Part shown: positions 9,178 to 19,010 of the stretch, piece by piece | Numbering within the stretch: position 1 is the stretch's first letter | How the letters are laid out: the number at the start of each line of letters is the position of its first letter | Source of the DNA: Oculatellaceae cyanobacterium bins.114 | GTDB lineage: Bacteria; Cyanobacteriota; Cyanobacteriia; Elainellales; Elainellaceae | Length of the DNA: 64,000 nucleotides | Assembly: GCA_033764315.1 (NCBI GenBank) | Contig: JANRJA010000191.1 | Span: 1 to 64,000 of the forward strand | Reading direction: 5' to 3' | Translations under genes and position numbers: made by a program | The notes under the pieces: model-generated | What the model was told of the DNA's origin: nothing | The model's database searches: none | Seen by the model: the letters and a program-made list of their open reading frames with translations, nothing else

Positions 9178-10476
9178 ATGCTTCCAACACATTTAAACCG
9201 TATAGCTCTTATTTCCGTTCACGGTGATCCTGCTGTTGAAACCGGACGCGAAGAGGCAGGCGGGCAAAACGTTTACGTGCGTCAAGTCGGTGAAGCTCTG
9301 GCACAGCGAGGCTGGCAAGTCGATATGTTTACCCGTCGCAGCAACGTTCAGCAACCCAGAATTGTTGAACATTGTGAAGGTTGCCGAACGATTCGTCTCA
9401 CAGCAGGCCCCGAAGATTTTATCGGACGGGATCATCTGTTTGACTACTTACCTGAGTTTGTCAATCAATTCCTCTTGTTTCAAAAACAAGAGGGTATTCA
9501 ATATCCTTTAATTCATACAAACTATTGGCTATCTTCTTGGGTGGGCATGCAGTTGAAAAAGCATCAACCGCTAGTTCAAGTGCATACTTATCACTCTTTA
9601 GGAGCTGTTAAATATCAGGCAGTTTCAGACATTCCGGCGATCGCCAGCAAACGTCTCGCCATTGAAAAGCAGTGTTTAGAAACCGTTGATCGGGTGGTGG
9701 CAACCAGTCCTCAAGAAGAGGAACACATGCGCCGCTTTGTTTCGACTCATGGCAAGATTGACATGATCCCCTGTGGCACTGACATTAAGCGATTTGGCAG
9801 TGTTTCACGAGCAGAAGCACGACAACAGTTAGGTCTTGCAACCGATGACAAGGTTGTGTTGTATGTTGGTCGTTTTGATAAGCGCAAAGGGATTGAAACT
9901 CTGGTCAGAGCGGTGGGTCAATCCACCCTGCTAGGACAAGCCAACTTAAAACTGATCATCGCTGGAGGCAGCACGCCCGGTAAAAGTGATGGCATTGAGC
10001 GCGATCGCATTGGCGGCATCGTCAACGAATTGGGGTTAAACGACATCACCACCTATCCCGGACGGCTTGATGTAGAGCTGCCCGTCTATTATGCGGCGGC
10101 AGATGTGTGTGTTGTGCCCAGCCACTACGAACCCTTTGGACTCGTCCCCATTGAGGCAATGGCATGCCGGACGCCTACGGTTGCCAGCAACGTAGGCGGG
10201 TTGCAGTTCACCATTGTCAACGAAGTCACCGGTTTGCTCGTTCCACCTAAAGACGATGCTGCCTTTGCTCAAGCCATCGATCGCATTCTCAGTGATCCAG
10301 CTTGGCGCGACCAACTGGGGCAGACCGCTCGCCATCGGGTTGAAATCGCCTTTAGTTGGGATAGCGTTGCAGGAGGGTTAGGCAACCTTTACAACAAGCT
10401 GATAGCAGAGCAATTGGAAAAGTTAGTTGAAGACGTCCCAGTTCCTGTTAAAGCGATGGCTGAGATCGCCGCGTAA
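9178..10476 (+). CDS. sps: GT4 glycosyltransferase, Nostoc-type single-domain sucrose-phosphate synthase homolog
   Basis: RIALISVHGDP...EEAGGQNVYV, HTNYWLSSWVG, HTYHSLGAVKY, GRFDKRKG and PSHYEPFGLVPIEAMA motifs match the Anabaena SPS family as I recall it. Confidence 0.8.
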   Translation: MLPTHLNRIALISVHGDPAVETGREEAGGQNVYVRQVGEALAQRGWQVDMFTRRSNVQQPRIVEHCEGCRTIRLTAGPEDFIGRDHLFDYLPEFVNQFLLFQKQEGIQYPLIHTNYWLSSWVGMQLKKHQPLVQVHTYHSLGAVKYQAVSDIPAIASKRLAIEKQCLETVDRVVATSPQEEEHMRRFVSTHGKIDMIPCGTDIKRFGSVSRAEARQQLGLATDDKVVLYVGRFDKRKGIETLVRAVGQSTLLGQANLKLIIAGGSTPGKSDGIERDRIGGIVNELGLNDITTYPGRLDVELPVYYAAADVCVVPSHYEPFGLVPIEAMACRTPTVASNVGGLQFTIVNEVTGLLVPPKDDAAFAQAIDRILSDPAWRDQLGQTARHRVEIAFSWDSVAGGLGNLYNKLIAEQLEKLVEDVPVPVKAMAEIAA

Positions 10477-10510
10477 TTGGCTGCACCTTTAACTCTAACG
10501 CTAAATCATT

Positions 10511-10552
10511 GGATGGGTATGGGCGATCGCTTATACCCATCCGATTTGTTTT
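10511..10552 (+). terminator. Hairpin centred on a HIP1 site, probable terminator
   Basis: GGATGGGTATGG-GCGATCGC-TTATACCCATCC followed by a T-rich tail. Confidence 0.6.
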
Positions 10553-10583
10553 CTCTGAGAAAAACCCTATGCGCGACTATTGC

Positions 10584-10649
10584 AGATCCCCGGTTTCTAG
10601 GATGTAACCAGGCACCTTTCAGGCACCTCTGACAAAAAACCGGGGATCT
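10584..10649. repeat. 66-bp inverted-repeat element, family A copy 1
   Basis: AGATCCCCGGTTT...AAACCGGGGATCT, followed by AAACC...AATTGCACATCGCG. Confidence 0.85.
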
Positions 10650-10734
10650 AAACCCTTAAATTGCACATCGCGCTAGAAACACTCTAGGATTGCCATAGGT
10701 CAGACCTACATATTTTCAAATCATTCCAGAGAGC

Positions 10735-11328
10735 ATGAGTGAAGGCATTCAACCTCCTGTTAACTCCATTCATCCTACAACCCGCACTGAATGGCGCACC
10801 TGGCTAGAGCAACATCACACTCAACGGGCTGGGGTTTGGCTGATCAGCTATAAAAAAGGAACAGGTAAACCGCGTTTTGACTACGATGAAGCCGTAGAAG
10901 AAGCCCTGTGCTTTGGCTGGATTGATAGCAAACCGAACAAGCTAGATGAAGAGCGATCGCTGTTGTGGTTTGCCCCTCGAAAACCGCGAACCGGATGGTC
11001 TAAATTAAACAAAGACCGAGTTGAACGGCTTCTAACACAAGGGTTGATTGCACCTGCTGGACTGGCAAAAATCGAAGCTGCCAAACAAGATGGTTCCTGG
11101 AATGCACTAGATGCGATCGAGGCACTAGAGATACCGCCCGATTTACAGGCAGCACTGATCACCTACGCCCCTGCCCAGCAAAACTTTGAAGCTTTTCCGC
11201 GTTCAGTTAAACGTGGCATTTTAGAGTGGATCGCCTCTGCTAAGAAACCTGAAACACGCGCCAAACGCATTACTGAAACGGCTGAATTAGCGGCTCAAAA
11301 TAAACGAGCTAACCAATGGCGATCGTAG
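10735..11328 (+). CDS. YdeI/OmpD-associated family protein
   Basis: EWRTWLEQHH, YDEAVEEALCFGWIDS, WIASAKKPETRAKRI motifs. Confidence 0.9.
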   Translation: MSEGIQPPVNSIHPTTRTEWRTWLEQHHTQRAGVWLISYKKGTGKPRFDYDEAVEEALCFGWIDSKPNKLDEERSLLWFAPRKPRTGWSKLNKDRVERLLTQGLIAPAGLAKIEAAKQDGSWNALDAIEALEIPPDLQAALITYAPAQQNFEAFPRSVKRGILEWIASAKKPETRAKRITETAELAAQNKRANQWRS

Positions 11329-11388
11329 AGTCACCTTGCAGAATACTCGTAGGATTGGCAAAACGGTCATTAGCTCTCAGTCTGTTCT

Positions 11389-12273
11389 TTAACTCTTAGT
11401 CTGTTCTTTAAATCGAGCCAACATATCATTGGCGATCGCTGTTCCTAACAAGATCAAGGCACACCCTCCCAGCATGGATGGAGTAATCGGCTCCTGCAAG
11501 ACTAAAGCTCCCCATAACATGGCAAACAAAGGCACCAGATAGGTCACTGTTAATGCCTTAGTAGAACCAATATTGCGAATCAACCGAAAATAGAGGATGT
11601 AAGCAAAGGCAGTAGAAACCAACGCCAGTGCTAAAACAGTGAGCCAAACCGGAGTAGCGGGAATCATTTTGGGAGTTGTAAAAGGCACGGCAGGCAACAA
11701 AAAGGCCGCCGCACCCAGTTGACTCATAGTGGCAGTGACCAGGGGCGGCACTCCGGTCAACTGTTGTCTGGCATAGGGAGCCGCGATCGCATAGCACAAT
11801 GCCGCTAACAGACTAGCCCCCGCTGCCCATAAAAACCCAGGAGTCAGAGCAATCGGTCTCCAACCAATCAAAATCACGACGCCAACAAACCCTAAGACAA
11901 AACCAAGCGATCGCCCCAGTGTTAACTTTTCTTGCAACCAGACCCAGGCAACCACTGTGCCAAACAAAGGAGCCGTTGCATTTAAGATCGAAGTAAACCC
12001 CGCTGGTAAAGATAGGGTCGCAAACGCTAACAAGACAAAGGGCAAGGCTGAGTTGATGCAGCCCACAATCAAAAGAGACAAGCTTTTACGGCGTACCTCA
12101 TGCCATAAATTTAACCGCAGGAGAATGGGGAGTAGAGCCAACCCTGCAAGCAACACTCGAATCTCGATCAGCCACACCGGACCTAAAGCCGGAGCCGCTA
12201 TTCGCATGAATAGGAAGGAACCACCCCACACAGCTGCTAACAGGAACAACTCAGCCATATCCAACGGTCGCAT
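11389..12273 (-). CDS. EamA/DMT family transporter
   Basis: 10 TM; LAAVWGGSFLFMRIA, NATAPLF, VTYLVPLFAMLWG. Confidence 0.92.
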   Translation of the reverse strand: MRPLDMAELFLLAAVWGGSFLFMRIAAPALGPVWLIEIRVLLAGLALLPILLRLNLWHEVRRKSLSLLIVGCINSALPFVLLAFATLSLPAGFTSILNATAPLFGTVVAWVWLQEKLTLGRSLGFVLGFVGVVILIGWRPIALTPGFLWAAGASLLAALCYAIAAPYARQQLTGVPPLVTATMSQLGAAAFLLPAVPFTTPKMIPATPVWLTVLALALVSTAFAYILYFRLIRNIGSTKALTVTYLVPLFAMLWGALVLQEPITPSMLGGCALILLGTAIANDMLARFKEQTKS

Positions 12274-12359
12274 ATCGAATTCCTCTTGAAGGACGTTAAC
12301 CCTGACTCTATCAAGCTCGCATTTTTGAGACCATCGGTTTCTTGCGGTTTACTTGGTTT

Positions 12360-12524
12360 AACGTAAATTCGGGATAAGGATTTTGGCGGTTGAAACCGCA
12401 ACTAAAGGAGCAAAACCGACCTGCGTCGGTTCACTCAACCCTTGATTTTCTGTAGTTTGCGAAGGCGAACTTCGCTCTGATAGCCGCGAATTTATTCGCT
12501 AGGCTCTTAAACCGAACTGACGTT
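12360..12524. mobile_element. MITE-like element, family C (AACGT.A.TTCGG...CCGAACTGACGTT ends)
   Basis: Imperfect terminal inverted repeats AACGTAAATTCGG / CCGAACTGACGTT with internal hairpins; the 3' 65 bp recur at 59532-59596. Confidence 0.7.
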
Positions 12525-12531
12525 GATTTAC

Positions 12532-13485
12532 TTACTCTGAAGCACGAGGAGATCGATGTTCTCGGCTCAGAGCTGCCACACTCAAGGTTACAATCACCAC
12601 ACCCAACATTTGCAGTCCACTCAGCGTCTCCTGAATCGCAACCCATGCCAATACAACCGTCAGGGCTGGGTTAGTTGCAGCAACCATCGCCGTAGAGGTC
12701 GCCCCAATCAACCGGATGCCTAAATTATTCAACAAGTGTCCCGCGAATGTAAAAAGGGCAGACAGCAGCCCTCCAATCCACATGGGAGTCCAAGCGAGTT
12801 GTGCATCCTGCCCGTGCCACAGAAACAAGCTCACCCCAGATAACACTAGTGTTGTGGCAAAACTAAGCCAGGTAAAGGGTACCGGATGCAGTTTCTCAAA
12901 ACTTTTTTGGGCAAAAACTGTGTATAGGGCATAGATGACACCAGCCGCCAAACCTGTGAGAATGCCAATCCATGTATTGCTTCCAGTTGTGGCACCGACA
13001 TGAGACAGAGTCAGAGAGCTACCGATGAAGACAAACCCCATCACGCTCCAGCGCAGCACAGTCGGGCGATCGCCAAACCAACGCCACGCAAATAGGGCTG
13101 TAAACACCGGATAGGTAAAAAACAGCGTCATCGAAATGCCTGCCGCGATCATGCCTAGAGAGATATAGAGCGACGCCAGGTAAAGAAACATCAAAAGACC
13201 ACACCCCAGCGATCGCAACAATAGCGATCGCTGTTCTATTTGACGCAACTGTCCCAGTTCTTTCCAGGTTGGAGGATACAACTTAGAGGCAATCATCCCC
13301 ATCAGTGGCACCACCAACACCATGCGCATAAACATCAACAAAAACGAATGTTGCAGCGTTGGCGTCACAAATCCACCTGTTTGAAAAACGCCAAAAATCG
13401 CGTACTCATTGAATAGCACCCTGACAATGACGTTTTGAAAACAAAAAAAGAAAGAAGACAACAAAACGATCAAAAAACCAAGCAC
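12532..13485 (-). CDS. EamA/DMT family transporter
   Basis: About 10 TM; LFFTYPVFTALFAWRWFGDRPT and NPALTVVLAWVAIQETL motifs. Confidence 0.9.
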   Translation of the reverse strand: MLGFLIVLLSSFFFCFQNVIVRVLFNEYAIFGVFQTGGFVTPTLQHSFLLMFMRMVLVVPLMGMIASKLYPPTWKELGQLRQIEQRSLLLRSLGCGLLMFLYLASLYISLGMIAAGISMTLFFTYPVFTALFAWRWFGDRPTVLRWSVMGFVFIGSSLTLSHVGATTGSNTWIGILTGLAAGVIYALYTVFAQKSFEKLHPVPFTWLSFATTLVLSGVSLFLWHGQDAQLAWTPMWIGGLLSALFTFAGHLLNNLGIRLIGATSTAMVAATNPALTVVLAWVAIQETLSGLQMLGVVIVTLSVAALSREHRSPRASE

Positions 13486-13627
13486 AATAGCCCATGACCT
13501 GTGAATCTAGCCTCCTCATCTTATCGATTGTTTGCAAATCAGTTTGCAGATCAGACTAGATAACCCCTACCAAGCAAGCTCAGGTAAAGCCCATTCTAAA
13601 TTTACGCGATGTGCAATTGAGAGGTTT

Positions 13628-13693
13628 AGATCCCCGGTTGCTCGTTCAGCATCCTCAAAGCAGCCTGATTTGCGTCACAGCAACCGGGGATCT
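13628..13693. repeat. 66-bp inverted-repeat element, family A copy 2 (opposite orientation)
   Basis: AGATCCCCGGTTG...CAACCGGGGATCT, preceded by CGCGATGTGCAATT. Confidence 0.85.
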
Positions 13694-13784
13694 GGGGAAA
13701 GTCGCACACGGGGTTAAATTTCTAAAAACATACCGGATTGTTTAAACGGGTGGTGTAGATCATAAGCAACCCCTTACCCCAGGG

Positions 13785-14396
13785 ATGCTGAATCCCCCTA
13801 CTGTCATACACACCAGGACTTTTTGTATGCTGCTGCCCATCTCTTCAATCTTTGACATCGCTACAACAGATATCAGCACTTCTACAGAGATGGAGGCTGA
13901 TACTCTCCGTTGTTCGGCGATGTTGGTGCAAGGAGACAACGGAGCAGACGTCGTCGAGTTACAACGATTGTTATTGCGCTGGTCTGTGTTCTCAAACTAT
14001 CGCCAATCTGTCGTTGAAGGGCTGAGTGGTTATTTTGATGAGGCGGTGAGAACTGCGGTAGAGACCTTTCAACGAACCATGTTTTTGCAACCTAACGGGG
14101 TTGTTGGCACACTCACCTGGCGATCGCTTTACACAGGTGCCCCCATTAACATGCCAACCTTGCAACTAGGTGATCAAAACATTGAAGTCTCACGGTTGCA
14201 AAAAATTTTGATGACAACGACTGACTTGCCCTCTGACCATATCATCAGCAGCACTTATGATCAGGTGACAGAGCAAGCCGTTCGCCACGTGCAATATCAA
14301 GCAGGCTTAAGCGTCAATGGCAGAGTCGATGCAGAGACCTGGCGGGCCTTGAGTCGGGCGATCGCTTATTCTCGCATAGCGGGCAACAAAGATTGA
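13785..14396 (+). CDS. Peptidoglycan-binding domain protein (two PG_binding_1 domains)
   Basis: LVQGDNGADVVELQRLL...AVETFQ...NGVVGTLTWRSL and LQLGDQNIEVSRLQ...NGRVDAETWRAL. The start may be 13827. Confidence 0.85.
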   Translation: MLNPPTVIHTRTFCMLLPISSIFDIATTDISTSTEMEADTLRCSAMLVQGDNGADVVELQRLLLRWSVFSNYRQSVVEGLSGYFDEAVRTAVETFQRTMFLQPNGVVGTLTWRSLYTGAPINMPTLQLGDQNIEVSRLQKILMTTTDLPSDHIISSTYDQVTEQAVRHVQYQAGLSVNGRVDAETWRALSRAIAYSRIAGNKD

Positions 14397-14461
14397 ATGA
14401 GAATTACTGCGTCTACTTAGACCTCATCTCTCTTCCAGCCTCTCTCCGTAAACATCACCAG

Positions 14462-14498
14462 TGAGTGTCGATTTCTAGTAAATCGGTGCTCATTTTTT
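14462..14498 (+). terminator. Rho-independent terminator
   Basis: TGAGTGTCGATTT-CTAGT-AAATCGGTGCTCA followed by T6. Confidence 0.65.
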
Positions 14499-15314
14499 AT
14501 GTAATCTCCTCAGTTTTTGTGCGACATTATCAAAGATTTTGAACTGTGATCGGAATGACTAAAGTTTCGATTCAGAGAAACTGCTGAGGACGTAAAGTTT
14601 TCATGTTGTTAAAACAGAATACAGGAGCATACAAGATCAACCTCAAACCTGAGTCATCATCTCGTGATTGATTAAACTCATTTCTGTGTGGGTTCTTCTG
14701 TGTGGGATTTATTGGATAAGCGATCGCCCGTTCTTTCAATCAATGGAGCCAATGTTTACCTAATTCATCATCGGGTTTCTACACAATAGGTTAGGATTGT
14801 TTCGTGTATTCTGCCAGGAGAAACGTCGATCTTGTATTCTGAAATACAATTGTTTAGCGTTGTAAATAAAGTCAAAACCCTTTCAGAGTCAGGCACTACA
14901 GCCGTTTCACTTAGCAAGAATTAGTTCCATCATGAGATAGCCAAAAAAAATTGATCGCCTTTCGGGAACTAAAATCGATTGTAAAGAGACAATAAAGTAG
15001 AAGCTCGATTTTATGAAGTTTCTGTTGATCAGGTGCTGAAGCCAACGCTGTTTCAATCAACTTAGTTGCAATGGCTAAACCCAAATTCAACACAGCATTT
15101 ACCACTTTTCCAAGTAGCAACTGACGTTGCAGATAACCCAGTCTTAACAGGTTCACTCCTTGAATAAATCAGGAGTAATGCAATCTGATATGACTACAAT
15201 TTGCTGTCAATTTCAGAAATTAATCGTGCTTCTTCTAAAGGTTTAGTCGCAGGGTGACATCATTTCGCACACTCCAATTTAGTGCGAGTTGTTCAGTCCA
15301 TATTGCACGGAGGA

Positions 15315-17171
15315 ATGCCAGTGCTTTCTACAGAATTTCAAACTAATTCAGCCAACATCCTGGTTCCAACACCAGACACGTTGACCCCCCAAAATTTACT
15401 CGATTCCAGACTCTCAGCTTCTGAATCTGGCACTGCCCTGATCAGAGGACAAGATGAAGATGTTAGTCGTTGGCTGAAAGGGAGGAATGGCAAACCGTGG
15501 GGAGTAAAAACAACCAATCAGATCTCAGGGAGCAACCGCTCTGACACCTTACGCGGAAGTAGTAGCAACGACCTCGTCAACGGCGGCAATGGCAGCGATC
15601 GCCTATTTGGCAATAGCGGCAATGACACGCTCAATGGTGGATCAGGCTATGACCACCTGATGGGAGGCAGTGGCAACGACATCCTAAACGGTGGCAGAGA
15701 CAAAGACACCATCACAGGTGGCAGTGGCAACGACATCTTTGTGCTGTCTCCTGGAAATGGCAGTAAAACTGTCAGAAAAACAGATGTGATCACTGACTTT
15801 ACGGATGGACAGGATCGGTTCAGGTTAGACAGCGGTTTAACCTTTGCTCGCCTGAGCATTGTTCAAGGAACTGGAGATTACAGACGAGATACTGTGATTC
15901 GCGATCGCGTCACCGGGGAATATCTCGCCCGTGTTCGAGGTGTCAACAGCAACCTGATTAATAGCCAAGACTTTACAGCGTTGCCTGGAAACACACCTAC
16001 ACCCAGTCCAGCCCCAATTCCGGCTCCCTCTCCGAGTCCCATTCCATCGGCATCTCCCACTCCAGTGCCATCGACCACTCCAACGCCCACAACTACCTTG
16101 GGCAACTTAGCCTTTAGCACAGCCAATTACACCGTTGGCGAAGCAGGCACCAGAGCAACCATTACGGTTAATCGCACAGGTAGCACTGTTGGAGAATCGA
16201 GAGTCAACTATTCCACTGTGGCGGGTGGTACGGCGACCGCTGGAGCAGACTACACAAATACGACTGGAACGCTGGTTTTTGCGAATGGTCAAACCAGTCG
16301 CACATTCACGATTCCAATCATCAATGACACAGCCGGAGAAGGGAATGAGACCATTCGCATTACCTTGACCAGTCCAGCCAATGCTCGCCTGGGCACTCAA
16401 AATGCTGCCACGTTGAATATCACTGACAACGATACGGCTCCAGCCCCCATTCCTGCCCCTGCTCCTACGCCGACTCCTACGGGTGGTGGCGGAGGGGGTA
16501 GTGCCCTTCCATCTTCTGTTGTCAGCCAAAACGTGAAGTTTGGTTCGGGAGACAGTCAGGCAACGATCGCCGCTAGAGGAGGTGCTCGCATCACGATCGG
16601 CACACAGACGATCTACATCGGCACTCAACAAGTCACCAGCATCAACCAAAACCCCATCATTCGCAGTTTTGACAGTGCTAACCCAGCCAACAACTGGACT
16701 CGCACTGACTACGAAGTCACCGGGGCAGACGGACGCGGTTATGGCTTGTTCTGGGATGGCACCAACCTATATGGAGTCTTTAGCGTAGACGGAACCCAAG
16801 GAACGTCAAGCCAAGACTTCCGGCGAGCTAGCTCTGGAGCAACTCAAAACTGGTTGAGAAGCTATGGAGCGGGTGGAGGTGCCAAGGCAGCTGTGCTTGC
16901 CCGCATTGACCCGCGCACAGGTGCCATGTCAACGGCGGCTTATTTGACCGCCAACAACAGTGGCCGAAGCAACTCTGTGGCAGTCACCGGACTGTCGGTA
17001 GGGGCTAACGGCAACTTGGTCGTCCAAGCCAAATCCTGGTTCTCGCCCCGTCGTCCAGACGGTTCAGCGATGACTCAGGTGACTCCGGGCGGTTCACCGT
17101 TTGACTACACGCTCGAAATGACCCGCGATCTGCGAACCGTGGTCAGCACGGCTGCAGTCGGTTGGCGTTAA
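15315..17171 (+). CDS. Secreted Ca-binding protein: RTX repeats, Pro/Thr linker, Calx-beta domain, unknown C-terminal domain
   Basis: GGxGxD repeats; DVITDFTDGQD; FSTANYTVGEAG...GTLVFANGQTSRTFTIPIINDTAGEGNE (Calx-beta); GGAGGA just upstream of ATG 15315. Confidence 0.85.
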   Translation: MPVLSTEFQTNSANILVPTPDTLTPQNLLDSRLSASESGTALIRGQDEDVSRWLKGRNGKPWGVKTTNQISGSNRSDTLRGSSSNDLVNGGNGSDRLFGNSGNDTLNGGSGYDHLMGGSGNDILNGGRDKDTITGGSGNDIFVLSPGNGSKTVRKTDVITDFTDGQDRFRLDSGLTFARLSIVQGTGDYRRDTVIRDRVTGEYLARVRGVNSNLINSQDFTALPGNTPTPSPAPIPAPSPSPIPSASPTPVPSTTPTPTTTLGNLAFSTANYTVGEAGTRATITVNRTGSTVGESRVNYSTVAGGTATAGADYTNTTGTLVFANGQTSRTFTIPIINDTAGEGNETIRITLTSPANARLGTQNAATLNITDNDTAPAPIPAPAPTPTPTGGGGGGSALPSSVVSQNVKFGSGDSQATIAARGGARITIGTQTIYIGTQQVTSINQNPIIRSFDSANPANNWTRTDYEVTGADGRGYGLFWDGTNLYGVFSVDGTQGTSSQDFRRASSGATQNWLRSYGAGGGAKAAVLARIDPRTGAMSTAAYLTANNSGRSNSVAVTGLSVGANGNLVVQAKSWFSPRRPDGSAMTQVTPGGSPFDYTLEMTRDLRTVVSTAAVGWR

Positions 17172-17185
17172 TCTAGCAATCATCA

Positions 17186-17227
17186 AGACGGGTTGTGCAG
17201 GGGGGTGTACCCTCCTGTGCCCCGTCT
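17186..17227 (+). terminator. GC-rich hairpin after the RTX gene (terminator or REP)
   Basis: AGACGGG-TT-GTGCAGGGGGG-TGTA-CCCTCCTGTGC-CCCGTCT. Confidence 0.5.
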
Positions 17228-17419
17228 GAAGGAACGGCTCGATACCACCTTATTGAGTTGCTATTAGGAGGAGGAAAGGCGATCGCTCAATCACCCAGTG
17301 AGATGACACCGCTGTATGAAGGCGATCGCCCCTAACCCGCCCTACGATTAGAGAGTAAACAACGAATTTGCTGGCCTGGTAGGGGGCTACCAGGCTTTTT
17401 TTATGCAATTTTAATGCAC

Positions 17420-17623
17420 TTAAGTTCGCAAAAAAGTGCAAGGTGCATAACCGTGTTGCACACACCAATTTTGGACTGTTGTCTCAATCGATCTGATCTC
17501 TAACTCCGTCAGGTCATTGCGCCATCTGCCCACCTTTGCTGAGTCAATGTGATTCATATGAAGCAGGGTGGCTTCATCGTGATAATCCACTATCTGACGA
17601 TGGTCGTTGGGGCTGAGCAACAT
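17420..17623 (-). pseudogene. C-terminal remnant of a sulfotransferase-domain protein
   Basis: TLLHMNHIDSAKVGRWRNDLTELEIRSIETTVQNWCVQHGY resembles the sulfotransferase C-terminus; no upstream PAPS-binding motif. Confidence 0.5.
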
Positions 17624-17970
17624 TTGCAGCAGTCTTTCCCTAAACGGGTTGACCCGAGGCAGAACGATACATGCCACAACAAAAAACCACATAACCCATG
17701 CTCCTCTCAATACTCCTACTCGTTATGTACAAACGGAGTAAGCTGATCTACCACATCCTTGTGATATAGCTATGTCGAGAGAAATTAAAGCAATGGGTTC
17801 CTTGAGTTTAGAGGCGTAAAGCCTTAGCACGGCTCAAGAATGAGCCAAGTATTAGCTAGAATATGGGCAACATCTTGAAATCTATTAAATGAGTTAATTT
17901 CACAAAACTTTATTTCAAGTTACACGGTATCTTATACTACGCAGAGGTGTAACGAAGGAGCGTGAGTGTG

Positions 17971-18930
17971 ATGTCGGAGGCAACATCGCCCCTGACGGCA
18001 GTGGAAGAGGCAACACCGGAGGTCAAACCAAGTCTGACCGTGCCGAGAGAGCTTTTGGGTCCACCCGGTGATTTTAATCCAACCCTGCTAATGTTTTTTA
18101 CAGCGGTTGTCATGGTGATCGTCTCAACGCTGGGATATTGGCGATGGCATTGGGTTGACTGGTGCTGTTTTGTCATCAATGTAGTCGCGCTCCATCTCGT
18201 CGGAACGGTGATTCATGATGCCTCTCATAATGTTGCTCATCGCGATCGCATTATGAATGCCATTTTGGGACATGGTAGTGCCATCATGTTGGGGTTTTCG
18301 TTTCCAGTTTTTACGCGGGTTCACATGCAGCACCACGCCAATGTGAATGACCCTGACAACGACCCCGATCATTTTGTCTCGACAGGAGGACCGTTGTTTT
18401 TGATTGCAGCTCGGTTTTTCTATCATGAGATCTATTTCTTTAAGCGACGGTTGTGGCGCAAATTTGAGCTATTGGAGTGGTTCATTGCGCGGTTGATTGT
18501 TGCGACCGTGGTCTATTTTGCCGTTCAGTACGATTTTATTGGCTACATTTTTAATTTCTGGTTTTCTCCGGCCTTAGTGGTGGGGATCGCTCTGGGATTG
18601 TTTTTTGACTACCTCCCTCATCGTCCTTTTCAAGAGCGCGATCGCTGGAAAAATGCCAGAGTTTATCCCAACCCGATCCTCAATGGGTTGATCATGGGGC
18701 AAAATTATCACCTGATTCACCACTTGTGGCCCTCTATCCCCTGGTATCACTATCAAACGGCCTATTATGCGACTCAGCCCTTATTAGACTCTAAAGGCTG
18801 TCATCAATCGCTGGGAATTTTGCAAGGTAAAAGCTTTTGGAGTTTTTTATACGACATCTTTTTAGGCATTCGGTTTAACCATAAATCTCCGGTGGATGAA
18901 CTGATCAATCGCAAAGATGCCGCTTCATAG
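17971..18930 (+). CDS. crtR: Beta-carotene hydroxylase
   Basis: TVPRELLGPPGDFNPT, HDASH, VHMQHHANVNDPDNDPDH and NYHLIHHLWPSIPWY; RBS GAAGGAG upstream. Alternative GTG start at 17962. Confidence 0.93.
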   Translation: MSEATSPLTAVEEATPEVKPSLTVPRELLGPPGDFNPTLLMFFTAVVMVIVSTLGYWRWHWVDWCCFVINVVALHLVGTVIHDASHNVAHRDRIMNAILGHGSAIMLGFSFPVFTRVHMQHHANVNDPDNDPDHFVSTGGPLFLIAARFFYHEIYFFKRRLWRKFELLEWFIARLIVATVVYFAVQYDFIGYIFNFWFSPALVVGIALGLFFDYLPHRPFQERDRWKNARVYPNPILNGLIMGQNYHLIHHLWPSIPWYHYQTAYYATQPLLDSKGCHQSLGILQGKSFWSFLYDIFLGIRFNHKSPVDELINRKDAAS

Positions 18931-19010
18931 GGCGACATGACCCCTGCTTGCGCCTTGCTCTGGTGAACCCATTCTTCGTACACTGAGGGGGCCGTTGCAG
19001 AAATGGTTAA

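Noticed and set aside
14911-15156. 81-aa ORF in the long intergenic region
   Set aside because: No recognisable motif; cannot be supported, though not excluded.
17224-17240. CTGAAGGAACG resembling the 3' end of a glutamine riboswitch
   Set aside because: The 5' CGTTC and central CGGAAGTA elements are missing, and it lies downstream of a gene.
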